Assembly: GCA_008632985.1 (NCBI GenBank)
Contig: QPGO01000039.1
Location: 310,001 to 374,000 of the forward strand
From: Psammoneis japonica
Lineage: Eukaryota
Length of the DNA: 64,000 nt
Direction of reading: 5' to 3'
Each line of letters starts with the position of its first letter. The stretch's first letter is position 1. Positions 49,901-61,331 of the stretch are shown here, in pieces. Made by a program: the position numbers and the translations under genes. Below the pieces are notes generated by a model. It did no database searches. It had not been told where the DNA came from and saw only the letters and a list, made by a program, of their open reading frames with translations.

Positions 49901-52900
49901 AGCAGCATGAAAAATGCCTCATCTGGGTGATTTTCATCACCACGAAGCACTCCATTGTGGACGCATTCCAGGTCTGGGTGGGACCTCGCACTGCTGAACT
50001 GTGACATCGACAGTTTTTTGAATCACATCGCATGTCGCGCACGTAGATTTCTACGTGATTTTTTCTGCATTTTGTGTCATTTTACGGTGCACTCATTGAG
50101 CGATCCGTCCAACAACTTTTGACATTTTTCATTGCAGCGCGATTCTATGATGTCTTAAGAATCGTGCAGGGCAGGCGCATTGGCAAAAACGTCGAGTGGC
50201 AAGAGGCATGATTGTGCCACACAAACTTGGCCGTTTGTTTGATGTTGAAGACAAATGCACCCATTGACTGAATTCTCGCACTGCGGAGCTCGCACGTAGA
50301 ATTCCACGGGCCCAATGTCACACGGAGTCCCACCCAGGACTGGAACCCGTCTGTGGCGCCGCGTGAGCTCACGTGAGTGAAAATGTGACTCGACGTTTGT
50401 GAGCCGCCAATGTCTCAACAACCACGTGAACAACAATGAAACCACTGCACAGCACTGCTCTGCATCATTCACAGAACACGTTTGTCAACTCAGCCATGCG
50501 ACAGAAGCCATTTTGAAGGATGAGAAACGTTTTGCATCAAGGCACTTGAGTCATGTCAAAAGCACAAAATCTTCTTCACAGTGCAACAGTGAACATCCAT
50601 GCGAGCACAAGAGCAACCCAAAAACCCCAACTTGGCATTGTTCTTCATTGTCCATGCAACACATTCGGCCTCTTGCCAGTGTGATGCAACCATTGTTGAA
50701 GGACGAGACACATTTCGCGTCAAGAGGGTGCATTTGTCGTCGAAATCATGGTGTGTGTCAAAACTCATTCAGAACTCCACGAGGATTCGCTGCCCGAGAT
50801 TCGGGCCTTCACCGGTTGAGTGTTCAGACTCAACATTTTCATTGATGGTTGGCGTCAATGGTTTGCCGCCGACTGCCATTGCAAAAAGGAGATTCTCATG
50901 GTCAGCTCCATTGGCGATCCATCGCTAAAAAAGCGCGCGAAAAGTGCACTTTGGTTTGCATCAACCCCACGCCCCTCTGTGTGGTTTGTCTTTTAAACAA
51001 TTGTCCTCACTTTGTTTTGGTGTCACAATGCTGAACATTTCTTTCCTTTGGTTGTTCTCCTGGCACACATTCCTGCACAATTTTGTGCACAACCTTTTGA
51101 TGGTTGTCAACGCTTTTGTTCGCCTAAAACAATGTTCATGAATGTGATGGTTTCCGTTGGTGATTTTCCGTTGGCGATTGCATGTGCTGCCTGCTGCCAC
51201 GAACCAGCAGTGTTTTGCCCCAGACGAAAAACATCACTCTGCATCCACACGGCACACCGCATCTGCGCAACTCGACCTTTCTTGTTGCTTTTGTTGTTTG
51301 TTGTTTCTTTCTCTCTTCTAGTCTGCTCAGGTGTGATGCACCACATCCAATGGTCCTTTGCCAAAAGGACCGCTCCTCTTTCATTGTTGCCTTTCTTTCT
51401 TTTTTTCTTTTTCACTGTGTTTTCCCATTCGGCCCATCAATGCTTTTGTGCGGTTGGCGCCGTTGCAGCTCTGCATCTGTCGTTTTTTGCTCTTTCTTCT
51501 TTCTTTCTTTCCTCTTGCTTCTTGCCATCTGCATTTTTGCTTCCTCTCTCTTCTTTGTTTCATCTTGCTTCTTGCCATCTGCATTTTTGCTTCCTCTCTC
51601 TTCTTTGTTCTCTTTTTTTTCTTGCTGCCTGCATTTTTGCTTGCTCTCTCTTTTTGTTTTCTCTCTTGTTTCTTGTTTTCGTCGCTCTCTCCTTTGCCCA
51701 TTCTCTTTCTTTTTCTCATTTCTGCCAATCCTTTCTCTTTGTATTTTTTTGTGTTGTCCCCATTTTGACGTTTGGTGCAGTGCAATGAGTGGCCACTGTG
51801 GTGCCCCCACCCGTGTCAATCGCTCCAAGCGGCTTTCTCGATGGGGCCAACCGCCAAAGAACCGACATCTGGGTGCGGCTTTTGTTTCAAGTCCTGCTGC
51901 TGCTTTTGGCCGTGCAAGCCTGTCTGCCGCTGGCACCCCCTCGACAGACACGAAAGCACCCTCACTTTGTCGTCGTTCTTGTTGGAGTGACCCCAACCAA
52001 GTCAAGGCAACTGCTGGGTCTGCCACTGCTGGTTCCACTGCTTCTGCCAGCCCATCTGCCAATGATTCTCCCACAACAGCCAGCAGCTCTGCATCATCCC
52101 ATCGTCGTTCTCGCTGGAGTGACCAACACGCAGCTCCCGCCATTTCCAGGCATGCTGCTGCTGCTTCCCTGGCGTCCACTGGCCCATCTGCCGCTGGCTC
52201 TCCTTGATGTTGACCAATCCCACAGGACACAATGGTGTTCCGCTTGAGTGACCGACATGTGGCTCCCGCCATTTCCAGGCATGCTGCTGCTGCTTCCCTG
52301 GTGTCCACTGGCCTGTCCACCGCCGGCTCTCCCGTGATGGTGACTGACCCCGCAGGACACAATGGTTGTTCCCGCTTGAGTGACCGACACGCAGCTCCCG
52401 CCATTTCTGGGCATGCTGCTGCTGCTTCCCTTGTGTCCGCCAGCTCATCTGCCGCCGGTTCTCCCATGACAGCGACCAATCCCACAGGACACAATGGTCG
52501 TTCTCGCTGGAGTGGGGCTCCCTGTCGCTAGATGGCCCATCTGCAAATGGTTCTCGTCATTTCCATCGGTCTCCAAAACCCAACGTCTGAAAACAACATG
52601 CCACCATTTCTGGTTCATCATCCAGAGGCTCCTCCACCGCTTCTCGTTCGGTTCCATCGACCACATCTACTCCTGTCAGGTCTGCCAGGTCCATCCCGAG
52701 CCATCGTGATTGCAGTTCACGCACTTTGAGGAACACTCTGTCATCAAGGCATGACCTCCCACCCCCTCCTGTTGGAAACAAGCGATCTTCCTCTGGTGCC
52801 TTTACGTCAAGTCACCGTTGGAAGCGCAGTTGTCGAGTTGATGTGTCTGCTTCTGGGTGCGAGTCTACAACCTCAAATTCCTCGTTGTCCACCAGATGCA

Positions 52901-54200
52901 ATGGCAGCCCACCTGGCCAACGCCAGAATTCTGCATCCACCTCTTCCTCGCCCATTTTAGAAGGACAGTTTGGCCCTCCTGTGCATGCCGGGTCATCCTT
53001 TTTTGGTGACGACGAGTCTTGCACATTTGATCCTCTGGAGGTGGATGACGACTCCAACGATTCTACCGACTCAGAAGAATCCGAACCTCCCATGTTGCAG
53101 GCCCAACAACAGGGACATCAATCTCTGTTGGAATCTCATGATGCAAATTTCAGAAGGTGCTGCCAAGTGATCGATTGCTCTTCCTCCGAAAAGCCCAACG
53201 TTGCCTGCGAGGACATGTCCGTTGCTTGTTGCGACGAAGACACAGCGCATTTTCGGAAAGCACTGTTTTCCATGCAGATGCAAAACAAGGACCCACCCTC
53301 CACTGCACTCAAAGCGAAGCATCCGGGTGAGCACTTTGTTCTTCCGGATCCTGACATGGCTTTGCTGTTTCCACGTGGGCACACTGGACTGGCTGCAATG
53401 ACCAAGCCTCGCTGCAATCCCCATGGTGAGGTTAGAATCGAGGACCAAACTTGCCATCTGTCGGAGGCCAATCGTCTTGGTGTCGATGTAAAAACTTTGG
53501 AACCGGGTCGACTGCATTCCGCAGTGTGTGGCGATCAATGAGTGGTGGCGGTTGTGGATGACGATGAATGGTGTTCTCGCATCCGCTCACCAGGTCTAAA
53601 GCAAGTTTGGCGCGATTTTTGCCTTTGAGAGAAACCCGGTTGTCCAGGTCGACATCAGGTGCCCGTCACCGGAGAACAAGGAAATTGTGAAGTGACGGTT
53701 GGATCCAGTGGCGACCACAATGGAGCAAGAGGAGAAAACGGCATGTCGGTGCCCCAGTTCAACAAAGGCACCAAGCGCTGTGCACCTCCAATGGCCAAGC
53801 CAGGCAAAGCGGATGCGTCAATGGCTTTTTTGTTGCACTTGCTCTTCAATGCGAACTTCGGCCATGGGCGTTCTTGGTTGTGGAAGCATCTCCGGCAAAC
53901 AAGGGAATTTGTGCTCATGTTGCCGCTCACGAACCAGAAGGAAAACATCTCCAGCATGAAAGCAGCAGCATTGGTGCGTTGAGAATCAGTTTCCGAGAAA
54001 GAGCCAACGGCGTGCGTGCGGTGTTTGTCAGAGGAAAAAGGATCCGTGCTGCCTCCTCTTGTTGTGACGAAAGATGTTCATGGATTTGTCGGGAACCATT
54101 TGAGCCAATCTCAATGTCAGGTTGCTGGCATCAATGGTTTGATTGTGAAATGCATTTGTCACCAGTGCTTGCGTTTGCAGTTCTGCCACTGTCTCCGGCA
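47000..54200. mobile_element. Decayed TE-associated accessory ORFs (minus about 47.1-48.95 kb, plus about 51.8-54.0 kb), possibly part of the adjacent MULE
   Basis: Broken protein-like frames almost devoid of Tyr; TpA-depleted; no domain recognised. Confidence 0.45.
52105..52520 (+). repeat. Tandem repeat, about 130-bp unit, just over 3 copies
   Basis: GCTCCCGCCATTTC recurs at about 52133, 52262 and 52393; encodes SRWSDxHAAPAISRHAAAASL. Confidence 0.9.
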
Positions 54201-54242
54201 ACAAAAACCATCATGTTGACATTCCACCGGTGTGCCAACCCT

Positions 54243-57125
54243 TTAAGCTCTTTCCTGCTGACGGTGACACTCACAAAGACACCCCGGAACTCTGTGTTGA
54301 TGAACAACACAAAGGCAACAACTTTCCCCGAGGTGGGCTTTGTTGGACCCAAACGCATTGCACGCCGGCAACGGCGGTGGAACGGTCCCGGGGAATGCTC
54401 CAGAATAATCTGGCGGGATGCCTTGCAGGACTGTCAGTTGAGACGGCATGGCCGATGCTTGAAACAAAGCAGAAGGAGCAGACGGAACAATGGGCCATCC
54501 CGCGGGGTCAATGACAGGTGGTCTAACTGCTGGAGTTGTTTGGCCGGCATGGCCACTCTTCGATGGTGCAGCCTTGCGTCGCTTCTTGGATGCTTCTTCT
54601 TCACAAGCTTTGATGTCAATCTTCATTTGGTTGACTCTCTCTTGGCGGGCACGTTTTCTGGTGGGAAGCTTGGTTGACCGTGATTGGATGACATCTGCAC
54701 ATTGCAGGATGGCGGCATGTGGGTCATTCATTTTTTTTTAGAACTCTTCGCAGTCTCCGATGAAGAGTTTTGCACCATCGGCCGACTCTGTCACTGTGAC
54801 TTTGCACAAACCATTGGTCAGTTTGTGCAGCAACTTGTGGTCTGAAGCCGATTCTCCATGGGGGAACCCTTTCAACGCATTGTGGCAGCCCATGATTCGA
54901 ATTTTGTCAATCATGTCCCCAACGCAGTCTTGAGTGTTGACGAGACACCCGCCTTCGTATGTTGCAATGTCGCGCTTTGCGTCTAGTCAGCCGATGTCTG
55001 CCAACACATCGTTGGTCAGCGCTTTGTCTTCGTCCAACATCCCACACCTCCGTGAAACAGTGGACCGCTCTAGTGTGTGGGTGTGGACCATGGACGGAAG
55101 GGACGCATTCAGCACACGGGAGAGGGTCACGCCAAGGGGAATCAAGCCATTGATGGACTGCGAACCCTTCATTTTGAGATTCATCCTGTGAAACATCATG
55201 TGTGAGCATGGACCCAAATGATCAAAACTGTCCTGGGCAACAACAACCAACTTGCCTCTCGTGAGAGTTGTTCTGTGGAACCAAACCGGGCTCCCCGAAA
55301 GACGTGTAGCGCCAGTTCGCGAAGTCGTCGTCGTTGATGTGCTGTTCTGCAAATGCATCCGCCAATTTGGTTTCGCCTGCCTTCCTCCATGACTCGAGCA
55401 CCATGCCAGACATGGCATGGAACAACTCTGCAGTTTTGCACCGGTGGAGCATCCTCACATCATGGATGGCAACTCTGGACAGGAAAGTCGTGTCCTTCAT
55501 GCACTTCTGGCATTGTCCGTTTCCTTGCCTCATGAAATCTGTGCAGAACTTTTGGAGGATGTGAGGACAGCATGTGCCTCTGGGATTGTCAGGGTGCAAC
55601 AGCTCAAAAGCACTCGAGAATGCTTTCGAGTGATCCGAGCAAAGTCCGCCTGCAAACTCCAAGTCGGTTGTCCCAAACAAGTCCGACGCCGCCTTTTCAA
55701 AGCACAGAACATCAACACGGCACCTTCTTCGTGCTCTCCGGTGGTCAAGCAGCAGCAAATTGGCTTGAACGTGCTGGAGCAGCAATGCTTTCCAGTTTTC
55801 TCTCGTTTTAAAAAGTCACTCACGCCGAATGCGATGAGAACAAAGTCATTGCAGACGACTCCATGAGTTCCATCTATTGTGCCAACCACACGGTGCTCTG
55901 GGTTGCGACAATCACAGATGTTTCACAACAGACCTGGGGAGGAGAAAACAACTGTGTTGTCCCTCGCTCCCAGGAAGGGACCCTTCGGACCTTTTCTTTT
56001 TCAGAACCTGGCTTCTGACTTGCCTTGTAGTTCGGTCAACCGTTGCTTGACATTGGTTGGCAAGTCATCCGGCTGGAACAAGCAGAACATGTCTGTGTGT
56101 GGCACCCCATTTTTGCTGTGACGCTTGCCTCTTACACCCCTCGCGTGCAGCCATTTGGCCTTTTCTTTCATGTGGACTTCCAAAGAAACGGGTTCTGCAT
56201 CGAAACCCTCTGGAATCCGCAAACCCCATTTCCAACAGTGGGACACCAGGTCTTGTGTGTACGAAATTTTGGTGTTGCATGCTTTTCTGTCTTGAAGAGA
56301 GTTTTCGGACGCAGGGTGTGCCGTTGTTGCCACCTCTCTTCATCTCTGTGTGATGCAGTGGCAAATCTTGTTAGAAACCTTGTCGCGGAGATCCTGCATT
56401 TCGAACAACTCGGACACAGACGGATCTTCCGAATTTGAAAAGTGGTCCACAGTTTTTCTCTGCATGTCCTTCGGCGGTGCGTTCGGGTCGCTTTCCATCA
56501 TGAGCTGCACATGCAGTTTTGCCACAGGAGGAAGACCCCTCGAGCCTTTTGCGAGAATGTGCTCCCGCCAAGTTTGGGGTTTGTGACCATCATGGCCACA
56601 TGTCACTTCCAACTTGCAGGGGCCAGTCGACGGTGCCGCGACAATGTTTGCTTTGAAGCGACAACCCGGTTTTTTGCAGCTAAATTCGCTGACCACAGGA
56701 ACAGAAGGATCTTTCTTCTTCTTGAAATTGTTGTCATTGCGGTCGGCTTTAGCGTCTGGGCCTAGAAATTGTCGGGCGGCTGCGAAGGAGGGGAACAAAT
56801 CTCCAGGGTGCGAATCAAGAGCAGGGCTAGAATCGTCAGCTTCGGCCGAGCGAGATGCCATGTTGGTTGAAGAATTGGGCACGCCGCCCTTTTTGACTTG
56901 CTCCGCTTGAACAGCATTTGGAGCATGGGATGGTTCTTTTCCCGGCCAGATGCACTTGGCTCGCTGGGTCACAAAGTCGTCACAAACCGAGGCAACGAGT
57001 TGCTCGGCTTTGGGAGAGGGCATGAGCTCTGCAGCATCTGTGACAAAGTCGACTCTCTCCATGAAAGCCTTGGTTTGTGGAGAGAGAAAGTCTCTGGGCT
57101 CCGTGGCAGCCTTGCATGCCACCAC
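54243..57125 (-). mobile_element. Decayed Mutator/MULE transposase
   Basis: N-terminal GDLFPS...CKKPGCRF...HDGH finger; catalytic-domain motifs TIDGTHG, PICCCLTTGE, CSDHSKAFSSAF...P...TCCPH and PQNNSHER; frameshifts and stops. Confidence 0.8.
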
Positions 57126-59334
57126 ATTGAGGCAGGCATCCCGGTTGCCACCTTCTCGACCCTTGTGCCAGGAGATGGCAAGGGTGGCTTCCCACCATCA
57201 GGCATGAGGGACCAAAAGGAGCCGAGTGCAAACACAAACAAGAGACCATGCAACATGGTCGGCAACGAAGAATTGTGGGAAGGATGCTCAAAAGGTGAGG
57301 CCGAGGCCGATGCGGACAGGGAATCGGGGCCACGTTGGAGGGAAGTTTCCCGCCAAAACTGAAACTTCCCGCCAAAAAGCCAAATCCCACAGAAAACCGT
57401 TGTTGCAGCACATTTTCGACAGTTCAAACAATTGCTCTGTAGAGTCACTGTGTTTTGCATTGCACGGGAAATTTTGAATCGAGTCCGTTCGGGAAGATTG
57501 GATTTCTCCGTCCTCCTAAATGAGCACAGGAAATGAGCGATTGAAACATCCAAGTAGACTGCGATTTGGCGAGTGGCCATCAAAACAGAAATGCCAATGC
57601 TGTGGTTGTGCAAAACCGTAAATTGTCAGACGGGCGTCCAGCTCGTTCAAAAACAAGAGCCAGCAAACTCGGACCCTCACTCATTTCTCACACTTTCGAA
57701 AGAGTTGAACGCAAAGCCGAAGCTGCAGCACCATGACGACATTCAACAAGAGTGGAGCCAATGGCAAAAGGTGAGAAGGGAGTGGGGAAGAATCTGTTCA
57801 TTGTGTGATTTGCAAATGAAACGCTCACTCTGTCTTGCAACCATTTGCATCGAACAGACCCGCAGCCGCGTCAAAATGGAGGATTGTCAAGATCTCGAAA
57901 GTGCTGAAGCGACCCAGGCAAAGACCAAGAGCAGCCATGGCATTGAGACGTTTGTCGAGGGACTGTGCAGGATGGAAGGTGGTCGCAACGAAGAACAAGA
58001 AAGCTCTGGAGGTCTGAAGGCTGCATCGGCAGCGATCGGCTCAAGGTTTGATTTTGGGTCGCCGGCGAAGACATGGGTGCATCCAATGCAGACCGGGCAT
58101 TTGTGTGTGATGCATTGGCAGTTTGTGCTGGGCAAGGAGGAGGCTGGTGTGCTTGTGATTTCAGCGGCGACGGTTGTTGTTGTCATGGTGAGTGCATCAT
58201 TTTTGGTGGTTTCTGCGCGCAAAACAAACGTGACTTGTCTCACACTCATGCCTGGTTTCTTCTTGTCCAAATTTTCAAACATTTGTGCAATGACCAAAAT
58301 GACCCATTTTGTCTTAATTTGTTGATTGTTGTGACAGTTCACAGTTGCACAAATGACCATTTCGCAGTTGCACATGACGAGCTTTTCAGTTCATGTCGAC
58401 CGCCTCGACGAACAGAAACATTTGTTGAACAGCCCCCATTTTAAAACAAGACTGAACAATCATGTGCAACATGTCGTGCCAACCACGCAGGAGTGTGCAT
58501 TGTGCCGGCATGACAATTTGGTGCAAGCACGAACAGAATGACCATTTATTTCTTCTAAGAAACCAGACAAAATAAACTGAAAGGACTGAGGTGAGCGCGC
58601 AGCTACATGAAGTTTTGAGTCCCGCCTGCTCGGGACTCGTTGACGCTTCCATCTGGACACCGCGGTGCACCGTGGGAAAAAATGACGACGGGTGCGACAA
58701 TGGCATGCCGATGCAAGTGCCTTTTGCTGGCAACAATGTTCACTGCACCTGATCAGTGTTTACAAATCACCTGTGCCCAATTGGTCCACTTTGTGCATCA
58801 GGTGCAGCCGATTTGATGAAATGGCACCAAAACAAAGAACGATCCACGCAGCGTTCGATGACGCGACAAAGCCACGGAAAACGTCGTCTCTTGTTGGGCA
58901 TTGGGGCAGTGCTGATGCTTGGTTGACGGAATTGAAGCTGCAGGGTGTGGACAAAGATGTCACGGTGACACAAATGAACGAGAATTGAAAAAGCATCCCG
59001 AACACGGACCCCATCTAGAAGCTCCACGACCCGGTGCCAAGGTGCGTGTCGTGAGTGTGTCGAAAAGCGTCAAGATCAAGAACAAGAAAAGCAATCGCAT
59101 CTCCAATGCTTGGCATCTCTTTTACTTTGTGTCCCCGTGCAAATCGTTGGTCAAATTGCCATGTGAAATCCCGCGGCATTCTTGGCAGCAAACGCACAAT
59201 GCGAGAAAGATTGGTTCTGTGTCAGCACTCACACACGCCAACCCGGCAACACTGAGTTCCAAGCTGCCCAATCTCCTCAACACCAACCTGTGAATGGAGA
59301 AGAAGGGGGAGGAGACGACAGCACTCGTGTGCAC

Positions 59335-59550
59335 AAATCTGGCGTTGCCGAGTCCCAAGCTGCCAAATCTGCCCAAGCTGCTCAACACCAATCTGGCATT
59401 GCCGAGTCCCAAGCTGCCAAATCCACCCAATCTGCTCAACGCCAATCCGGCATTGCCAAGTCCCAAGCTGCCAAATCCACCCAATGTGCTCAATGCCAGT
59501 CCGGTGTTGCCGAGTCCCAAGCTGCCCAATCCACTCAATGCCAACCTGTG
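59335..59550. repeat. 54-bp tandem repeat, 4 copies plus a partial upstream copy
   Basis: GCCGAGTCCCAAGCTGCC at 59347, 59401, 59455 (variant) and 59509. Confidence 0.95.
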
Positions 59551-59980
59551 AACAAAGGAGGACAAGAAGAAGAAGAAGGAGGAGGTGAGAGCAACAAGTC
59601 ACACGGAAGGTTGATGCACTGGAGTCCGAGGTGGCTCGCAAGTTTCTCAACATTCCAAGCGGTCACGTCCGAAAAAAAAAAGTGCCACTTGCCATCAAGA
59701 GATTGCAAAACCACTGTCTGGCAAATTTTCTGACCCCAACCTCCTCCTGGATTCATGTCATCCATCCCGATTTTTGCCATGAGAAGTCGAGACGACAGAT
59801 TGGACATTGACGGCTAAAAATGCAGTGTGGAACCGCAACAAAGCGACAAGTGCCTAAAGCTTTCAATGACGAGCAAGAAAAATGCAAAACAGCAAGAAAG
59901 TGTTGCCAGTTGCTTGCGTTCAAGGTGAACATCATCATTTTTCACGGCAGCAAGTTGTGAGCTCCACAAATCACACACTG

Positions 59981-60585
59981 CTCAGAGCAGAAATCAGCAC
60001 AGACAAAACCAGTGGTGCTGCAGGAGCTGGTGCCGCTGTCGCAGGTTTCCTCCCACTTGACACCAAAGCACACTTTCTGACACATGACCCCTGTTTTCCA
60101 CTCTTCACGCGCGTGCGCAGAACTTGACGCTCATTCGCGTGGCTTCATTCCTCAACTCTCCCTCTTGACGGTGATTGTTTTTGTCACGCGGCGGGCCTCA
60201 TCATCACTGAACGAGGGGGTGCCCGGGTTGGCCGTTGTCCGGGGAGACATTGGGAGCAATGCTGCCATCAGGTCGGGTCATTGGGGTTGTCTGTCTGCCT
60301 GCCTGCATGAGTGTGGCATGCACGCGGTTCTCACGCGCCAATTTTGGCCATGAAGCAGACAGAAGGGCGACTCGAACCTGAGGCCGCAAAGGAAGGTTGG
60401 GCTCACAACCACTCAGAGCAGAAATCAGCATGGACAAAACCAGTGGTGCCACAGGAGCTGGTGCCGCTGTCGCGGGTTTCCTCCCACTTGACACCAGTGC
60501 ACACTTTCTGATGCACAGTCCCTGTTTTCTGCTCTTCACGCGCGTGCGCAGAACTTGACGCTCATTCACACGGCTTCATTCCTCA
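59981..60585. repeat. 174-bp direct repeat (59981-60154 and 60412-60585)
   Basis: Direct alignment by eye. Confidence 0.95.
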
Positions 60586-61331
60586 GCCACACTTGCCATT
60601 GTCTGCTGTCAAATGATGCACACCACAATCCATGTTGTCAATGAAATCGACCATCCGTTGCTTGGCTTGATCCAAAAGACAGTGCATGACACGCAACAGC
60701 CCCACCTCGATTGATGCAGAAATGTCGGCCGATGACAATGGCTCAAACATGTCGACATGAAACCAAGAGCCGGTGTTCCTCGTCAGGGCTTTGAACATGG
60801 TCGAAATGCTCCCTGCACAAGTGTGTGAAACGAGCGCATCGATTGCATCGCGACAGCACACGAAAAAGAGCAGCGGATGGTGATGCAGCTGCAAAATCCA
60901 TTTTTTTTTTTGCCTTTCGATTGAGCAATTGCCTTCAAACAAGCGATGAAAATAGTTTCCATGTGATGGCAGAAACCATTCTAAAGCACTGCTGTTGTTG
61001 AAAAGGTTTGGCAATAGCATGAAATGCCGTTCCGATTCTCATGGTGAGTGGCGTTCGGAGGGTGTGTGCGCATACGTGACTGAATGAGTCCCGCCTAACT
61101 TCATGCAGCCGCGCGCTCGCCTCAGCATAGCCCGCCCGGCTGGCGGTCGAGCGCGCGACGCGCGCATCTGGAGATAAAAGTACATGATACTATCACTGAT
61201 AGTCAATCTTGCCAATCGCTCACAGTGGAACAACGAACAACGGAACATCGCATCGACGAGAAAACGAGATGACCCTGTTATTTCATAAGAGAAGAGATTA
61301 TCTAAAAGACAGAGAGATATTGACGTTATCA

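Noticed and set aside
51182..51790. Hydrophobic and Lys/Arg-rich ORFs as membrane or basic proteins
   Set aside because: They are translations of a CT-rich low-complexity tract with short tandem duplications.
59230..59550. 54-bp array, and the 52.1-52.5 kb array, as CRISPR
   Set aside because: The units are contiguous with no unique spacers, there are no cas genes, and the context is eukaryotic.
42330..61060. Dense overlapping Cys/His-rich ORFs in all six frames as novel metal-binding proteins
   Set aside because: They are an artefact of TpA loss, which removes TAA/TAG stops and raises TG/CA codons.
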